Positions 42,312 through 55,665 of a stretch of 64,000 bases of DNA are shown here, piece after piece (positions within the stretch are counted from its first letter, which is position 1; every line of letters starts with the position of its first letter). This DNA is from Geosiphon pyriformis uo1 (lineage: Eukaryota > Fungi > Glomeromycota), in the NCBI GenBank assembly GCA_016748015.1, contig JAAOMT010000771.1, forward strand, positions 98,290-162,289, read 5' to 3'. The notes beneath the pieces are model-generated. The model was not told the DNA's origin. It ran no database searches and worked only from the letters and a program-made list of their open reading frames with translations. The position numbers and the translations under genes are program-made.

Positions 42312-42752
42312 ATATACAGCTTTGCTATCATTTCATGTGAAATTATATCGGGAGAAAGACCTTTGAATAATACACATCCTATTCATGTACGCTTTGACGT
42401 GATTGATGGAAAACGCCCTATAATCAAACAACATACACCTCAATGTATTCGGGAAATGATTGAAAAAAATTGGCAATATGATCCGTATTGTCGTGATACA
42501 GCAGAACAATTCCAACAAAGTGTTATTGCTGCTCGTGATCATTGTAACTTAAATCAACCTATACGTGAAAAAATACTTCAACCTGAAGAGACACAAGATG
42601 CTATTCGAGATAGGACAAGATATAGAAGCCTGTTAATTTCAAAACCTAAATTTTCTACAAATGGTAAGTGTTTCATTTATTATATTTATTATTTAAAAAC
42701 TTGAGTCTAAACACCTTTTTTAGAGTTGGATTTGGATTTGGGAATTGATTAA
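42312..42752 (+). CDS. C-terminal part of a tyrosine-kinase-like protein kinase (5' part lost in the gap); intron 42664-42723
   Basis: IYSFAIISCEIISGERP...VIDGKRPII...PQCIREMIEKNWQYDPYCR (subdomains IX-XI); GTAAG...TTTTAG intron; last exon ELDLDLGID*. Confidence 0.8.
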
Positions 42753-43939
42753 ATTAGCAATGATGGATTAATACGTTTGCGTCCTAGTTAAACTAACGAA
42801 ATCAGTAAGCACTTTAATAATGAAACAGATGAAAAATTTGAGGAGGAATTGGTTCTTTATTTATATTTAGCTTTATATATAGTATAGACTATCGTATATA
42901 GTTTTATTTTTAAAAGAAGTTTTACATTTATTTTCAAATGTGAGGAATATTGACTGTAAAGCGTTTCCTTTTCAAAAATTTTATGTATAAACATGTTTGA
43001 TAGAAAATTTGATATTTCGTATAAACTAATAGATTTTGCTTCTGTAAACTTCAATCTATAAAATTTATTTTTCAAATTATTTGTAAACTTATAACATTAT
43101 GCTTTCACTCATAGGGTTGAGAATATTCTCATCATTGATCAAATAAATAAGAATGAATGTGAACTTTATCATATTGTTATGGTTGAATCTTTTACTTTTT
43201 AGCTTTTTATTATTTACAAAATTATTATACTATCAAGATTGATTTTTATTTGGGGCTTCTATTCGGGGATTAATATTGAAGCATTCATTTTAAGATACTA
43301 ATATAAAATTTTTCATTTTATATTAAATAAATAAAGCTTATCAGCCATTGATGAAAGTAAAATCAAGCGTCAAGAAGTATATTGAGTAAATTTAGGCAAG
43401 ATAGTTAGCATATAATTTAAACGTTAGCTTATTAATTGTGAATCGAAATATATTATTCAGCTTTAATGAAGACAACATAAATAATTTATGAAGAATACTC
43501 TTATGCTCAAATAAATATTTTTGTTCCATAAAATTGAAAAAATTATTAGTTAATAAGGAAATTTTTGTCATATAATTTCTTTCTACATTTTCTACAGAAT
43601 GTTCAAAATTCAACTGGAATTTTTAATTTGTGTCAAAGTATCGGTTCAATAATTAATTATTAGTCTCTTATTTTTTATAAAAGAAAATACCAAAAATATG
43701 AAAGAGAACAATTAAATAAATTATTGATAAAAATTATTGAATTAAAATTATAAGAATATATTAATAAAAATTTATAAAAAAAATTTTTACAGAAAAAATG
43801 TAACGTTATTTATTGTAATAAATTAATTTTAAACTAATAAATTAATTTTAAACTAATAAAATTAAATTATATAACCAAAAAAATGTTATTTGTAATATAA
43901 ATATTAAAATTAAAATGAAAAATCTTGAAAATTAATATT

Positions 43940-44300
43940 AACGAGCGCCACCTAATAAAAGTTCTAAATTAGACGCAACTTACGCGTTATTCTACATGTG
44001 ACCAGCCACCCGAGCTAATCAAGGCTACACTACACAGACAAGACGAAAGAACAGCACGAACAGACTCACCTTCCTAAAATACAATTCGGAACAAAATGGC
44101 TACGTTTCATAAAACCAAAACAAATCAACCGACCCCTATCAAACACTACTCTAAAAAAGCTCCTCCTTAGGCGATAGACTCAAAGCACCCCTAACTTCAA
44201 CGACCACAAACCCTTCCGACTGGATCAACCCTCTCCTCCCACATTCAGCACGAAACTCTGAATTGGGCAACCACACGCGACTCCTGTGGCTGGTCAAAGC
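43940..44300 (-). mobile_element. 5'-truncated 3' fragment of a related LINE
   Basis: GC-richer island. CTACATGTGACCAGCCACCCGAGCTAATCAAGGCTACACT resembles the 3' UTR of the full LINE (CTACACATGACCAGACATTCAGACTAGTCAGAACAACACT). Minus-strand CFGFMKRSHF resembles the ORF2 tail SFGYYKCCLFY. Confidence 0.65.
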
Positions 44301-44759
44301 AAATTAACTTTTTGATATTTATTATCACAATTGCAATTTTATTCTTTAATCTTACAATTTTAGTAATTATACATTTTGAATTTTTTGATTCTTTAAATGA
44401 TATTATATTAACTACAATTTTTGGATATGTAAGCTTTGTTTTGAATAATAATATCAACTCTTAATTTTTTGGTCTTGGTAATCAAATATTGTTAAAAGTA
44501 ATAATAATCTGTTTCATATACTTAGATATAGTTTCACTTATTAATTTTGCAATAATAGAAAAGCTTGCCATCCAAAATTATCTTGTAAAAAACAAACTAC
44601 TTATTATTATTATGTCTTGAAATGAAAAACTATAAAGCATGTTTATTATTATTTAGGCTTATAAAAATATGTAATAAGCATTAATAGATTATTTCAGATA
44701 TTTCATAGTTTTGGTTGTTTATTTAAAAAAAAGCTATTTATAAGTGTATATAAAAAAAA

Positions 44760-45345
44760 AAGAAATAGCGGGGAAGGTGTGGTAACCAAAAATAACATTT
44801 ATACATCAACCTTTTTCTACAAGAAGGTTAGTAGCGTGATAAATTTCGCTAATGGTATTACCGCCATCACTTTTCACCAGATTGTAAAACTGACATAAAA
44901 TTAAAAAAATTAATAGCAAAAAAAACTGTTGCAATTTCAAAATTCAAATTTTATACCAGAAAATTTTTAGAAAATAGGAGTGTGTGACTTTGAATTGAAA
45001 AACCTTCAATGCATGTACTGGTTAAAATTGACAAAAAAAATTAATAAAATCGTTCAAGACACTAAAACTTTTTTTTAAGAGCTATATACTAAAACGGTTG
45101 CTTACAGTTCCGTGGCAAAAAAAAACAGTGCTTCAAAAGGTTTTTATTGGGCTAGTAAAAAGAATGGAAAAACTTTGCAGAGGAGGTGGCACTTGCTAAT
45201 ATTCGTAGCATGTTTGCCTGTATTCAAGCTCGTTTAAATGCAGGAGGCGATACTACATATCAATTTTTATATATATTATAGCATTGATATTAAGGTATTT
45301 TGAATAAAAAAATCTTTTGGGGCTGTGTCTAAAAAATTGTACTAT
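44760..45345 (+). mobile_element. Internally deleted Tc1/mariner relic (C-terminus and possible 3' TIR)
   Basis: KEWKNFAEEVALANIRSMFACIQARLNAGGDTTY (~45160-45262) matches the Tc1 end SMPxRxxAxxxAxGGxTxY. 5' limit uncertain. Confidence 0.6.
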
Positions 45346-48300
45346 ATTTTAAATAACTAGGCTTGAAAGGAAATTATTTAATATTGGTACCACACATTAT
45401 TTAATTAATGAAATAATTTCAATTTTGTCGTAGTTCGACGTCACGCCTCTTTTGACCAATTTCAAACCAAACTTTCGGACTAAATAAATTAAGTATAAAT
45501 TCAAATTAAGAATTTAACAATCCCAAAAATACCAATAAAAATGCCAGAAATTTTAGCAATAACTTAAAAAAATTGTAAAAATATTAAAAAATTTGTATTC
45601 TAAAAATTTATATATATATAGCAGAAGTATCTAAAGCAAAAAAAACAAACAAATTAAATTAAAAACAAGTTTAGTTCTATTTTTATAAAATAATTTCTAT
45701 GATTAGCAATTTAATATTTAAATTTACAATTATTTAATAAATTCATTATTTATTTTATTTAAAACTTTATTTTATAAATTTAAACTTATATTATTGGAAT
45801 TTAATTACTTTTCTATTAATGCCAATAGTATTAATACAATATTATTAATCATACTAAAATAATATGACTATTAACAAAATATTAATTTTTTATTTTCTTT
45901 TTTTGTTTTGTTTTGTGTTTATTAATTAATTAAAAAAAAGTACTAAGATTATAATAACAAAAATTATTTGATAAAAAATACCAAAAAAATTATGATACTG
46001 TTAAAAAACTAGAATTGTTTATCAAAAAAATAAAAAGCACCAAAATATATAAATTAATAATAATAATTAAAAAATATGTTATTGTAAAATTAGATATATT
46101 AAATATTACTATTAATATTTTGTATATTAAGAAAAATTTTAAGCTAATTTATTTTTTTTGTGAATTTTAAATAAATAATTTTACAATTATGTAATAAAAA
46201 TTTTATTTAAATTTAGTTTTCTATATACATATATTAAATAAGTAATATATATATTTTATTTTTTTATTAATATTTGTTTTATAAAACAATAAAAACTATA
46301 TTTTTTTACATTTTGACTTTTATAGTTAAAATAATTATTGTTTTTTTATTATAATTTAAAGTTTTTTTTTTGAAAAATAATCTATTAATAATCTATTATA
46401 ATCAGTTTTTTTTTAAAAATCACAAATCTAATAATATAAAAAAATTTATTATCAAATTAGTTAACATATTTTAATCAATATAAATTCAATTATATTTTTT
46501 TAATTTTGAATTAACTTAAATTGAACTTTTTTATATTGTTAAATAGCAAAACAGACCTAATTTAAATTTGAACAAAAAATTTCAGCCTTTTAAATAAAAT
46601 AAAAACAAAAATAAAATAATTCAAATAAAAAACAAAACTAAATCAAGAATAATTTATTTATAATAAAATATTTTTTTATTAAATTTTACTAATATAATTA
46701 TACTAAATTTTAAAATAAGTGTGGTCTATGTTTTTTTATACATGACTGATTATAAAATATAACATATTATTATTTAAGTTATAAGCTAAAATCATAAAAA
46801 AACTAATTTTAAATAAAGTTTGCACTTATATTTATAAACTTAAATTTTGTTCAATATATTTTTGATTATTAATTTCAGTACTATTAAAACTGACTAATTA
46901 ATCAGTTTAAAAATATAAATTAAACACAAAAGATAATCAATTGTTAATGTTAAACATTTTCAATCTATCAAATTTATTTAATATTAGATTGCTTTTTTGT
47001 AATATTGCAAATTTGATTTAAAGTTGTATTTCTCTCAATATATCAATTCTTGTCATTCAAAATTAATTCTTTTTTTGATACAAATAAAAACATGAAAATT
47101 TATCTGATATTTTATAAATCTATCTGATCATTAAAGTTTCTAAATATTTTTTGCCTAAATTTGAAAATGTGCAGATTGAATTTTTATGCCAAGTTTACGT
47201 TTAAAATTTTGAATATTCGATTATGCCTACTTTTTTTATGGTTAGCTGGACAAAAAATAAGAATGTAATTAATTATAACTGAAAGTTTAGATCTTTACAT
47301 TATATTGTTCCTAAACAAAAGAACCAATAAAGTACTTTTAATTTGTCAATATTTTTACTGTGATTACACTTTATTGAAAAATTTATATTATCAAAATGAT
47401 ATATAACCTTCCGAATAATAAGATGCATATGTATTGTAAATAGCCATGTTTTCTTGCTTTTAACATTAAAACTATTGACTCAAAATGGTTGTTCTTTATT
47501 AAGCAACCCAAAATTTTTTATTTTTAAATCTTTTATTTCTGATTCCCAATTTTTGCTGCTTTTCCGCTTTCCCATTTGAATTAATTATACTGAATTCCAC
47601 TAGAATTAAGTTGTTTAATATCTCGTGCATTTCACCTGCGATGTACTTGATTTTAAGAAGTAGTTATTTCGAATTTATTTTAGGCCTTCAATTTCCAGAA
47701 TTTGCAAAAACTCTGTTTTTAATTAAACTTTTTGTTGGATTTTATGTGTAAATGATTCAAATTTTTATTTAGAACAGAATATTTTGCTTCAAAGGTCCCT
47801 TTTTTTTTATTTTTCAAGCTCTTTAAAAGATTTGTTTGTCAATTTTTTAATCGATTAAGTGTTTTTTGATCGATTGATTTTAAAGGCTAATGTCTTGATT
47901 TTCAATTGCTAGTTTTCTAATGAATCTTAAATTAATAAAATGGTTTTTAATTTTTATTTAGCCGGTAAAATGTAATTTTATTAATAACGCTCAAAACTAA
48001 GTTGAAATGGTGAATAAATATATTTTAGAAATATACAAAAAGTGTTTAGTCTATTATAAATGTTAAAAAGTTTTCATGTATTAAGTTTTATTTCTAGAAT
48101 GTAAAGGCATTAAGCTAATTTTTTTTATCCATCAGAACTGATAATTGATAAAATAATTGTTAAAAATATAGCATAATTCTTATTAATTAAATATTTATTA
48201 AAGGTGTTTTTAGATCCAACTTTTATAACAACTCTTATAAAAAAATTATAGCTGATTATTATTTTTATATTAAAAATAACAATGAAATCTTTTAAATATT

Positions 48301-49577
48301 CTTATATTTTTATCATTTCATAATTTATTATACTTTATTGTATTTTTTGTTGCGTAAAATAATTAGTTATATCATTACATTAATTATATAATTAAGTAGT
48401 TATTTAAGTAATATAAAATAGAAGATTGAATTTTTTGTAAAATAATTCAATAATAACAAATTGATTTTAAAATATTCGGCTAAAAAAATTATACATAATT
48501 TAATTAATATTTTATTTTTTTATTCTTATAGTTCTTTAGTTTTTACAAATAAAATTATTCACATACGTGTTTTTTATGATATAGAATAATAGAATAAATA
48601 TAATTTTTTATTTAAAAATTCTATAAGGTTTTTAAGTATTAATTTTACAAAAATTATTATTAATTTATTAAACTGTTTTTTACTATCTTTCATTTGGCAA
48701 TTTTTTGTTTAATAATCTTTAGTTTTGATATATTAACTTCATTATTAATAACTTAGAATAAATTTTATTTTTTAACATAGAAGCGAATTCCAATAAAAAC
48801 AAAAATTAAAAGTGTTAAAAGTTATATTATATTATAATCGAGAATAAAAAAAGTCTTAGTCGTCATAAAAATCTCGGTTATAAATTTTTTGATAGTTCCA
48901 AGCGTTTTAGGAAAAAAAATTAAATAATTTAGCAAGAATTGTGGAGCTTTTGGATTTTGTGTTCTATAAGATTCATTGAATTTTTTATCTCCATGAAATA
49001 ATAAAAGAATCAATGAAAACAATTATAATAGAATCAATCAATTTTATTCAAAAAAATTGCTTATTGCGAATACAAATATTTCAATACTCTAAAAAAAGAT
49101 AAAACTTTGTATGATTCAAATGTTTATAATTAAAATTTGAGGAATAAAAGTAAAAATTTTATCATTAACTTTTTATTATAGATAAAAAATTTGTTAGCAA
49201 AATATTTTCTCTTTTAATTAAAAAAATACTTTAACATTAAACAATCTAAAATATTTGGAAAGATGATGTAAGCATGGGAAAATGACCAAAATTCACCAAT
49301 TTTTGAATAACTTATTTTAAATGAAAAGATATTCAAATTAATTTCAAAAATGGTTTGATGGTTTGAGAATAAAATAGAATAAAGAAAAAGTTTCAGTCAA
49401 GAATAATCTGAATTTAAATCAACAGCTTAGAAATTTCATGCTTTTCAAATAGAGGCTCTGATAATGAGAATTAATTGATCAGTCGATAAAGTGCAGATTA
49501 ACATGTGACTTAAGTATACAGCAATGTGTTAATAGCATAGGGAAAAAGACCGCACACAGACTTCTCATATTTTACCA

Positions 49578-51082
49578 ATGTCACCCCAACAACACTTTCA
49601 CGCTTTATCCAATGATTTTGGGAATTTATTTAACAGTCAGAAGTTCTCTGATATTAGAATTACAGTTGGCGAAGCGCCAAATATTACAACTTTTCGTGCT
49701 CATTCCCAAATTTTAGCAGCAAGATTACCATATTTTACTGTTGCATTCTCTAACAAATGGGTTAAAAGGGAAAATAATACCATTATTTTTGCTAAACCTA
49801 ATATTTCAACTGATATTTTTGAAAAAATTATCAGGTAAGGATTTTCTTTTACTTCAAAGTTTTTTAAAAAACATCAAATTCACATGTCTTATTTTCCTGC
49901 AGATACATTTATAATGGCGAGATCTCTCTTGATGAACATGGAGTACCTATTATTTTAGAATTGCTTGTTGTCGCTAACGAACTCATTCTAGAGAATCTTA
50001 TTGATCACCTTGAAGACTATTTGATTGAATACCATGCAAAAGATCTAGAAGAAAATTTTGCCATATTGCACAAAATTTCATATATGCATGATTCTTTCAA
50101 AAAGTTACAAAACTTCCGCACCGAAATAGCTGCTATGAATCCAGCTATAGTTTTCAACTCGCAAGATTTCACCTCCCTTAGTGAAAATGCTCTTTCCTCA
50201 ATTTTAAACCGGGATGACGTAAATATAGAAGAATCTAAGATCTGGGAAAAGATTGTGGAATGGGGAGTTGCTAAATTGGATAATAATATTCAGATCAAAA
50301 AAGTTCTTAGCTGGACAAATGAAAACTTTAACGCCTTTAAGGAATCTTTTGAAATGCTTCTACCTTTAATCCACTTTTTTAACATATCTTCAGTTGACTT
50401 TTATCACAAAGTAAAACCATTTGCAAGAATCTTACCTGGAACTTTATATGAAGATTTTTTACATCATTATCTTGTACTGGGTAGTCATCAAAAGTCTGTA
50501 GATGGTCAGCCATTACATTGCTCTCGATTAAATATTGATTCAAAGCTTCTTCGATCGTATAATATAAGACAGCTTGATCATTGGATTCAAGGCAAAGATA
50601 AAAATACTCCTTTTGAAGATCGACTTGGAAATGATTTTCAATTGTTACTGCGAAGCAGTTAAGACGAATTCACTCCAGCCGATTTTCATTGATTATGCGA
50701 TAATAAAGGAGCAATAGTCAGCGTAATCAAAGTGAAAGGAACTGGTCAGCTAATTGGTGACTATAACCCACAATCGTGGCATTCTAGGGATGAATTTTCA
50801 GAGGGAAAAGGAAGCTTTATTTTTTCCCTTGGAGATGGTAAAGCTGAATATGTTCAACTTAGCAAATTTATTGGAGGATATGGACCTTTATGTGGGCCAC
50901 ATACTGGACCCCACTTTGCAGGTGGCAGTATTTTCTTGTTTAGCAATGATTTTCAAAATAGCCCATTGTGCTATTGTGGAAAGACAAAATATTATGAGTA
51001 TGCTATAATGCCTGGATCAGAAAATCTACCAGTGAATTTCTCTTTCGAGGAGTATGAAGTTTTCCAAATTATAAAAAGATAA
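49578..51082 (+). pseudogene. BTB/POZ-BACK-TLDc domain protein; intron 49835-49902; two premature stops
   Basis: FSDIRITVG...FRAHSQILAAR (BTB), ESKIWEKIVEWG (BACK), LLLRSS*DEFTPADFH*LCDNKG...LIGDYNP...EYEVFQI (TLDc). Stops at 50660 and ~50690 replace conserved Arg codons. Confidence 0.92.
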
Positions 51083-54000
51083 ATTTGTTTTATTTGATTT
51101 GATTCTACATATTCTGAAGACTGTAATATCTAAAAAAAATTTACTGGCAGAGTATTCTATAGCTTACTATATGAACTTCACAATAAAATTCAAATAATAT
51201 CATTTGATCATTTTAAACATGAAAAATACTTTAGAACTTAAAATTGGTTTTAAATAAAGTTATCTCTGAATTCTAAAGTTTTATCGCAGGCTAAAATCAC
51301 AAAGATAAAACGCTTTTTATCTGAGTAGCATTAAAAGATAACTTTTAAATGCATAATTTTGTTTTCCCGCCAATTAAAAATGTTCGTGTTTAGTTTTTTA
51401 TTGGACAATGAAATAAAAAAATGTACTTTGGCATATATTCAATATGGAAACTTTGAGAGCATGAAGGTTTTTAATTAAATATAACCTCGGCTTGGAGACA
51501 ACTTTTTAATAAAAATATTGTCTAAACAATATTTTTTAAATTGGGTTTATTTTTTAATAAGCTCAAAATAATTAATTTTGCTTCCCTCTTATTTTATTTA
51601 TAAATTCAATCAAAATCCAATATTCAAAATTATCAGTTTGCTTTTGAAACAAAAAATTTCTTAATACAAATTTAACAAATAAAAGTTCTTAACACATGGA
51701 GATTATTCAAAATATTTTTAATTAAAAGAATCAAGTTCATTATCTATTAAAATATTATAGAAAATCTTTTTTGATGATTAAAAAAAATATTTTTATGCTC
51801 TTTTTATATATAATATATTCTGAAGTATGAAAAAAATTCAATTGAACCAAAAAGCTGAATATTGCGTGGTAATTGTATTACTAAGCTTTTTTATGATAAT
51901 TTAATATTTAATCAGTAATTAATTACAATATTAATTTTAATAATAAATAATTATGTTTTAAACATAATTTTTTTAAGCTTGAAAAAAGAGTTTTTCAAGT
52001 AAATAGAATTCAACAAATTTAAAGTTCAATTCTTCCAATTCTTTATTTTTCAATTAATTTTTTTGTTAATAATCGAATTATAAGCATTCTTTTTGATAAC
52101 AGTGCTGATTTATTTGTATTTAACACAAAATCTCATATTTAATTTTTAAAAATTATAACTTGTAGATGGAATTCTGTATGCCTACTGTTAAATTGATAAG
52201 GCGTTTTTGGTATAAATACAACGTTGGAGGAAATCAATTTTTTAAATTATCATTATTTGGCAAAAAATATTTGCATAGAAAGTTTTTGAATAATAGAGAA
52301 GTAATTGTTTTTTAAAGGAAATAACTTATTTTGAAAAATATCGCTATAAATTATCTCTATCTAATGTTGAATTCTTGAAAATATTAGAAATTTACAATTA
52401 AATGTTTTTGGGATATCTGTTTATATAAGTAATAGCAAATTCAGAGAAATATAGGCTTTTGGTACATTCTAAAAATTTAATTGTAACTTTCCAAAGTACT
52501 TTCAAAATCTGATGTTTTTTATTTGAAGATTGAGAACTGTATTTACCAAAACAATCAAACGGTCAATAAAACTAAATTATTAGGTTTTATATTTACTAAT
52601 GTCTAACTATTTATGTTTTTAAACCAATTATAGACCCAAAAATAGATAAATAACTTATACAATTGTAAAATGACTTAATAGTTTTATCTCAAAGCATTAT
52701 TTTAATGTCTTCAATACGTTTAACATTTAAAAGTCTTTTTTTAACATTAATTTTTTTACTGGCTAGTAAAAATTTAGAAGTCATTTGGATAATTGCTTTT
52801 AAAGATATTTCTAAATTGATTTTTAAATCAATACTTGTTAATAATTATAATGATAAAACAAAGAAGTTGCTGTTCTGAAAATTGAAATCTTACAACAATT
52901 TTATGTGGCTTTTTTGATTCGATTTTTAATCTAGTATTAATAAATTATTTGAACTGAATGTCCGAGTAGTTTTGTTCAAATAATAAATATAATTAACAAT
53001 TCTTTTTTTATTTAATTTTGTTTTGGTTTTTTATAAGTAATAATATGTAGATAGCATAACATTCCGAATCCTATATTGGTTATTATAAAAAATAATTCAT
53101 TTCTGGCAAAGTTTGTTTTAATCGATCTTGTTGTTTTTTTAAGAGTTAATATAACTTGCATTTTATAAAACATTATATTTATCTAAATAAAACAGATAAA
53201 AATTTGAGCAAAGAATGATTTTTTATTGATTTTAAAAATATCATTATTAACTATTATAAATAGTATTATTTTTATATCTTTTTTAAACAAGATTTTTAAG
53301 TATAAAAGTTATGAACTATAAAGCAATTTCTTTACAATAAAATTTATATATAAATATATATTGGAATATTAAATAATCATTATAATTATATGAAAAATTT
53401 TAAACTAATAAATTTTGCCTCTGCAAACTTTATGCATATTTTATAAAATTTTGAGTTTATTAATTTATGTCATGATAAAAAATTTTTAAAAAATAAAATA
53501 AGTATTTAAAATTTCAAAAAAACAAATATTTTTAATTATACTTAATAAATTATGAAGGGCTGAATATATATTTATTGAGTTTAAATATATTATCTATGAA
53601 GAAACATTTTTATTATTAGCTATTATACTTAGAGCAAAATACCAAAACACTAAATATAATTTTCAATTTTTTTATCATAAATTTAAAATGCATAATTTAG
53701 TTGCAACTACAAATATTTTATTACTGTTTTTACAATAATTATTTTGAAAATGATATTTTTAAGATGCTTCTAATTTACAAAGTAAAATTATTAATGATTA
53801 TAATTTTTAGTCAAAGCCATTTTTAATAAACTCAAATATTAATTGAGAAATTAAGACAATATGTAATGTAAAAAGCAACACAAACTTGACTTGTTTAGAA
53901 AATTGTTTGAAATTTTCATATATTGGGGATATAAAACCCGTATCAAAAGACCACTTCTTTCTGGTAGGTGCGAAAAGATACGTATTTTGATTAGCCACGT

Positions 54001-55665
54001 TAAATAGGAAAGAGAACTTGGGTCTAAATTATTTGATAATTTGTGCCATAAGCACACCCGAAATCTCTCTCAATGGAGAGGAGACAGATATAAATGGATG
54101 CAGAAAGAAAAAACCATAGGTAAGTAATTATCACAAAATAACACACTTATTTTCGGTTGAGAATAGATATTTTTTTGCAAATGCTAATAATCTTGTTTTT
54201 CCAATAAATTAATATATGACAAAAAAGTAATTTTAAATTAAAATTCTGATAGCAAAGCAAAAACAAAAAATTGTTAGTTTATTAAAAATATAAACTTATT
54301 AAAAAAAAATTTGTTCCGTTTTTGTACATCAAAAGCTAACAACAGCTATTATAGGTTCTTTAGGAAACATAAAAATTGATTTATGTTTTTTTTGATTGAT
54401 CACTCGTTTAACCAAGTAAAATTTTTTCTCGATAGTTCGACTATTTGAAATAATTCATTTCTGTTTTTCAAAAACGGAAACTTTCATCTTTTTGCTTATT
54501 TTTTACCTTTTGATATTAGTTCAGTCAGTTTTTGACTATAGATTAAATTTTTCATGCTATACAGAAAAAAATGCTATGCATCTATTTTTTAAATATTCAA
54601 AGAAAATACGCGTTGCTTTCAAGTATTTAGAAGAGCATTTAATGATGCTTTTTCTCTCAAATTTTTGCTTTTATTTTGACTGATTCCGAGACCTTTGGCA
54701 ATTTGATGTAAATATTATCAAGCTTTCTTTTAAGATTGATAAAAACATGAGAAATACTCAATGCTTTATTCTTTGGAGTTACCAAAAAACTTCCAATTAG
54801 AACGGTTTTGTGTTGAGAATATTTATTTAATTCTCTAAATTACAGAGTTTTAGCCTATTTTTTTAATGTCATTATTTAATTACCGGTTTCTTTATGCCCT
54901 TTAAATTTTGAGATTTCTAAAATGACTATATAGATTATCAGAATTTCAAATGCTTAAATTTCATTATGATTTTTCCATATCCCACATGCCAATTTAATTT
55001 CAATCGAAATAACAATATCATTTAAAAAAAGTTCATTCATTTGGAAGAGAATTACCTTTACTCGTAAGAAAATGTCAAAATAGAATTTTAATGGCAATAT
55101 ATTTCATTAAAAAATACTGTTTTAACATGTAAGAACAATGCTTAATATATTTTATATAAATAATAATAATAATAATAGTAATAAATTTACAGTTTTATTT
55201 ATTTTATTATTTATTTGCCCTAATATTTTTTAAAATAATTTGCTAAATTAATTATTTATTCAGTTATTGACTTAACTGTTAATCACTTGTTAAATTAGTT
55301 TATTATAAATAAAAATTTTTTAAGTTCTAAAAAGTATTAAACAAGTCTTTCTTAAATACTTTCAGTTTAAGATCAAAAAAATTTGGTTTTTGTTAAAATT
55401 AGTTTAAAAAATAAATGTATTTTTTTTAATTTTAATAAAATTGTTTATTATTACTTTTAAATAAGAGTGTGTTTGTTAATTTAAATAACTTTGAAAAACT
55501 AATTCAAATATATTTTTTAAAGAAATTATTTTTAATTATATTTATATTGAATTTAATTTTGTGTTTTTTGCTGGGTCAAGTGAAATTTGATTACTAACAG
55601 GAATTTATTAAAGTTAAATATATTTGCAAATGGATTTTCTCAAAATGGGGAATTAAGCTCTAGCC

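Noticed and set aside
41852-42331. ORF spanning the N run (likewise 59556-60603)
   Set aside because: Artefact of assembly gaps.
51900-55100. Possible further TE or gene relics (exon-like 53930-54120)
   Set aside because: Too degraded to assign any family from sequence alone.
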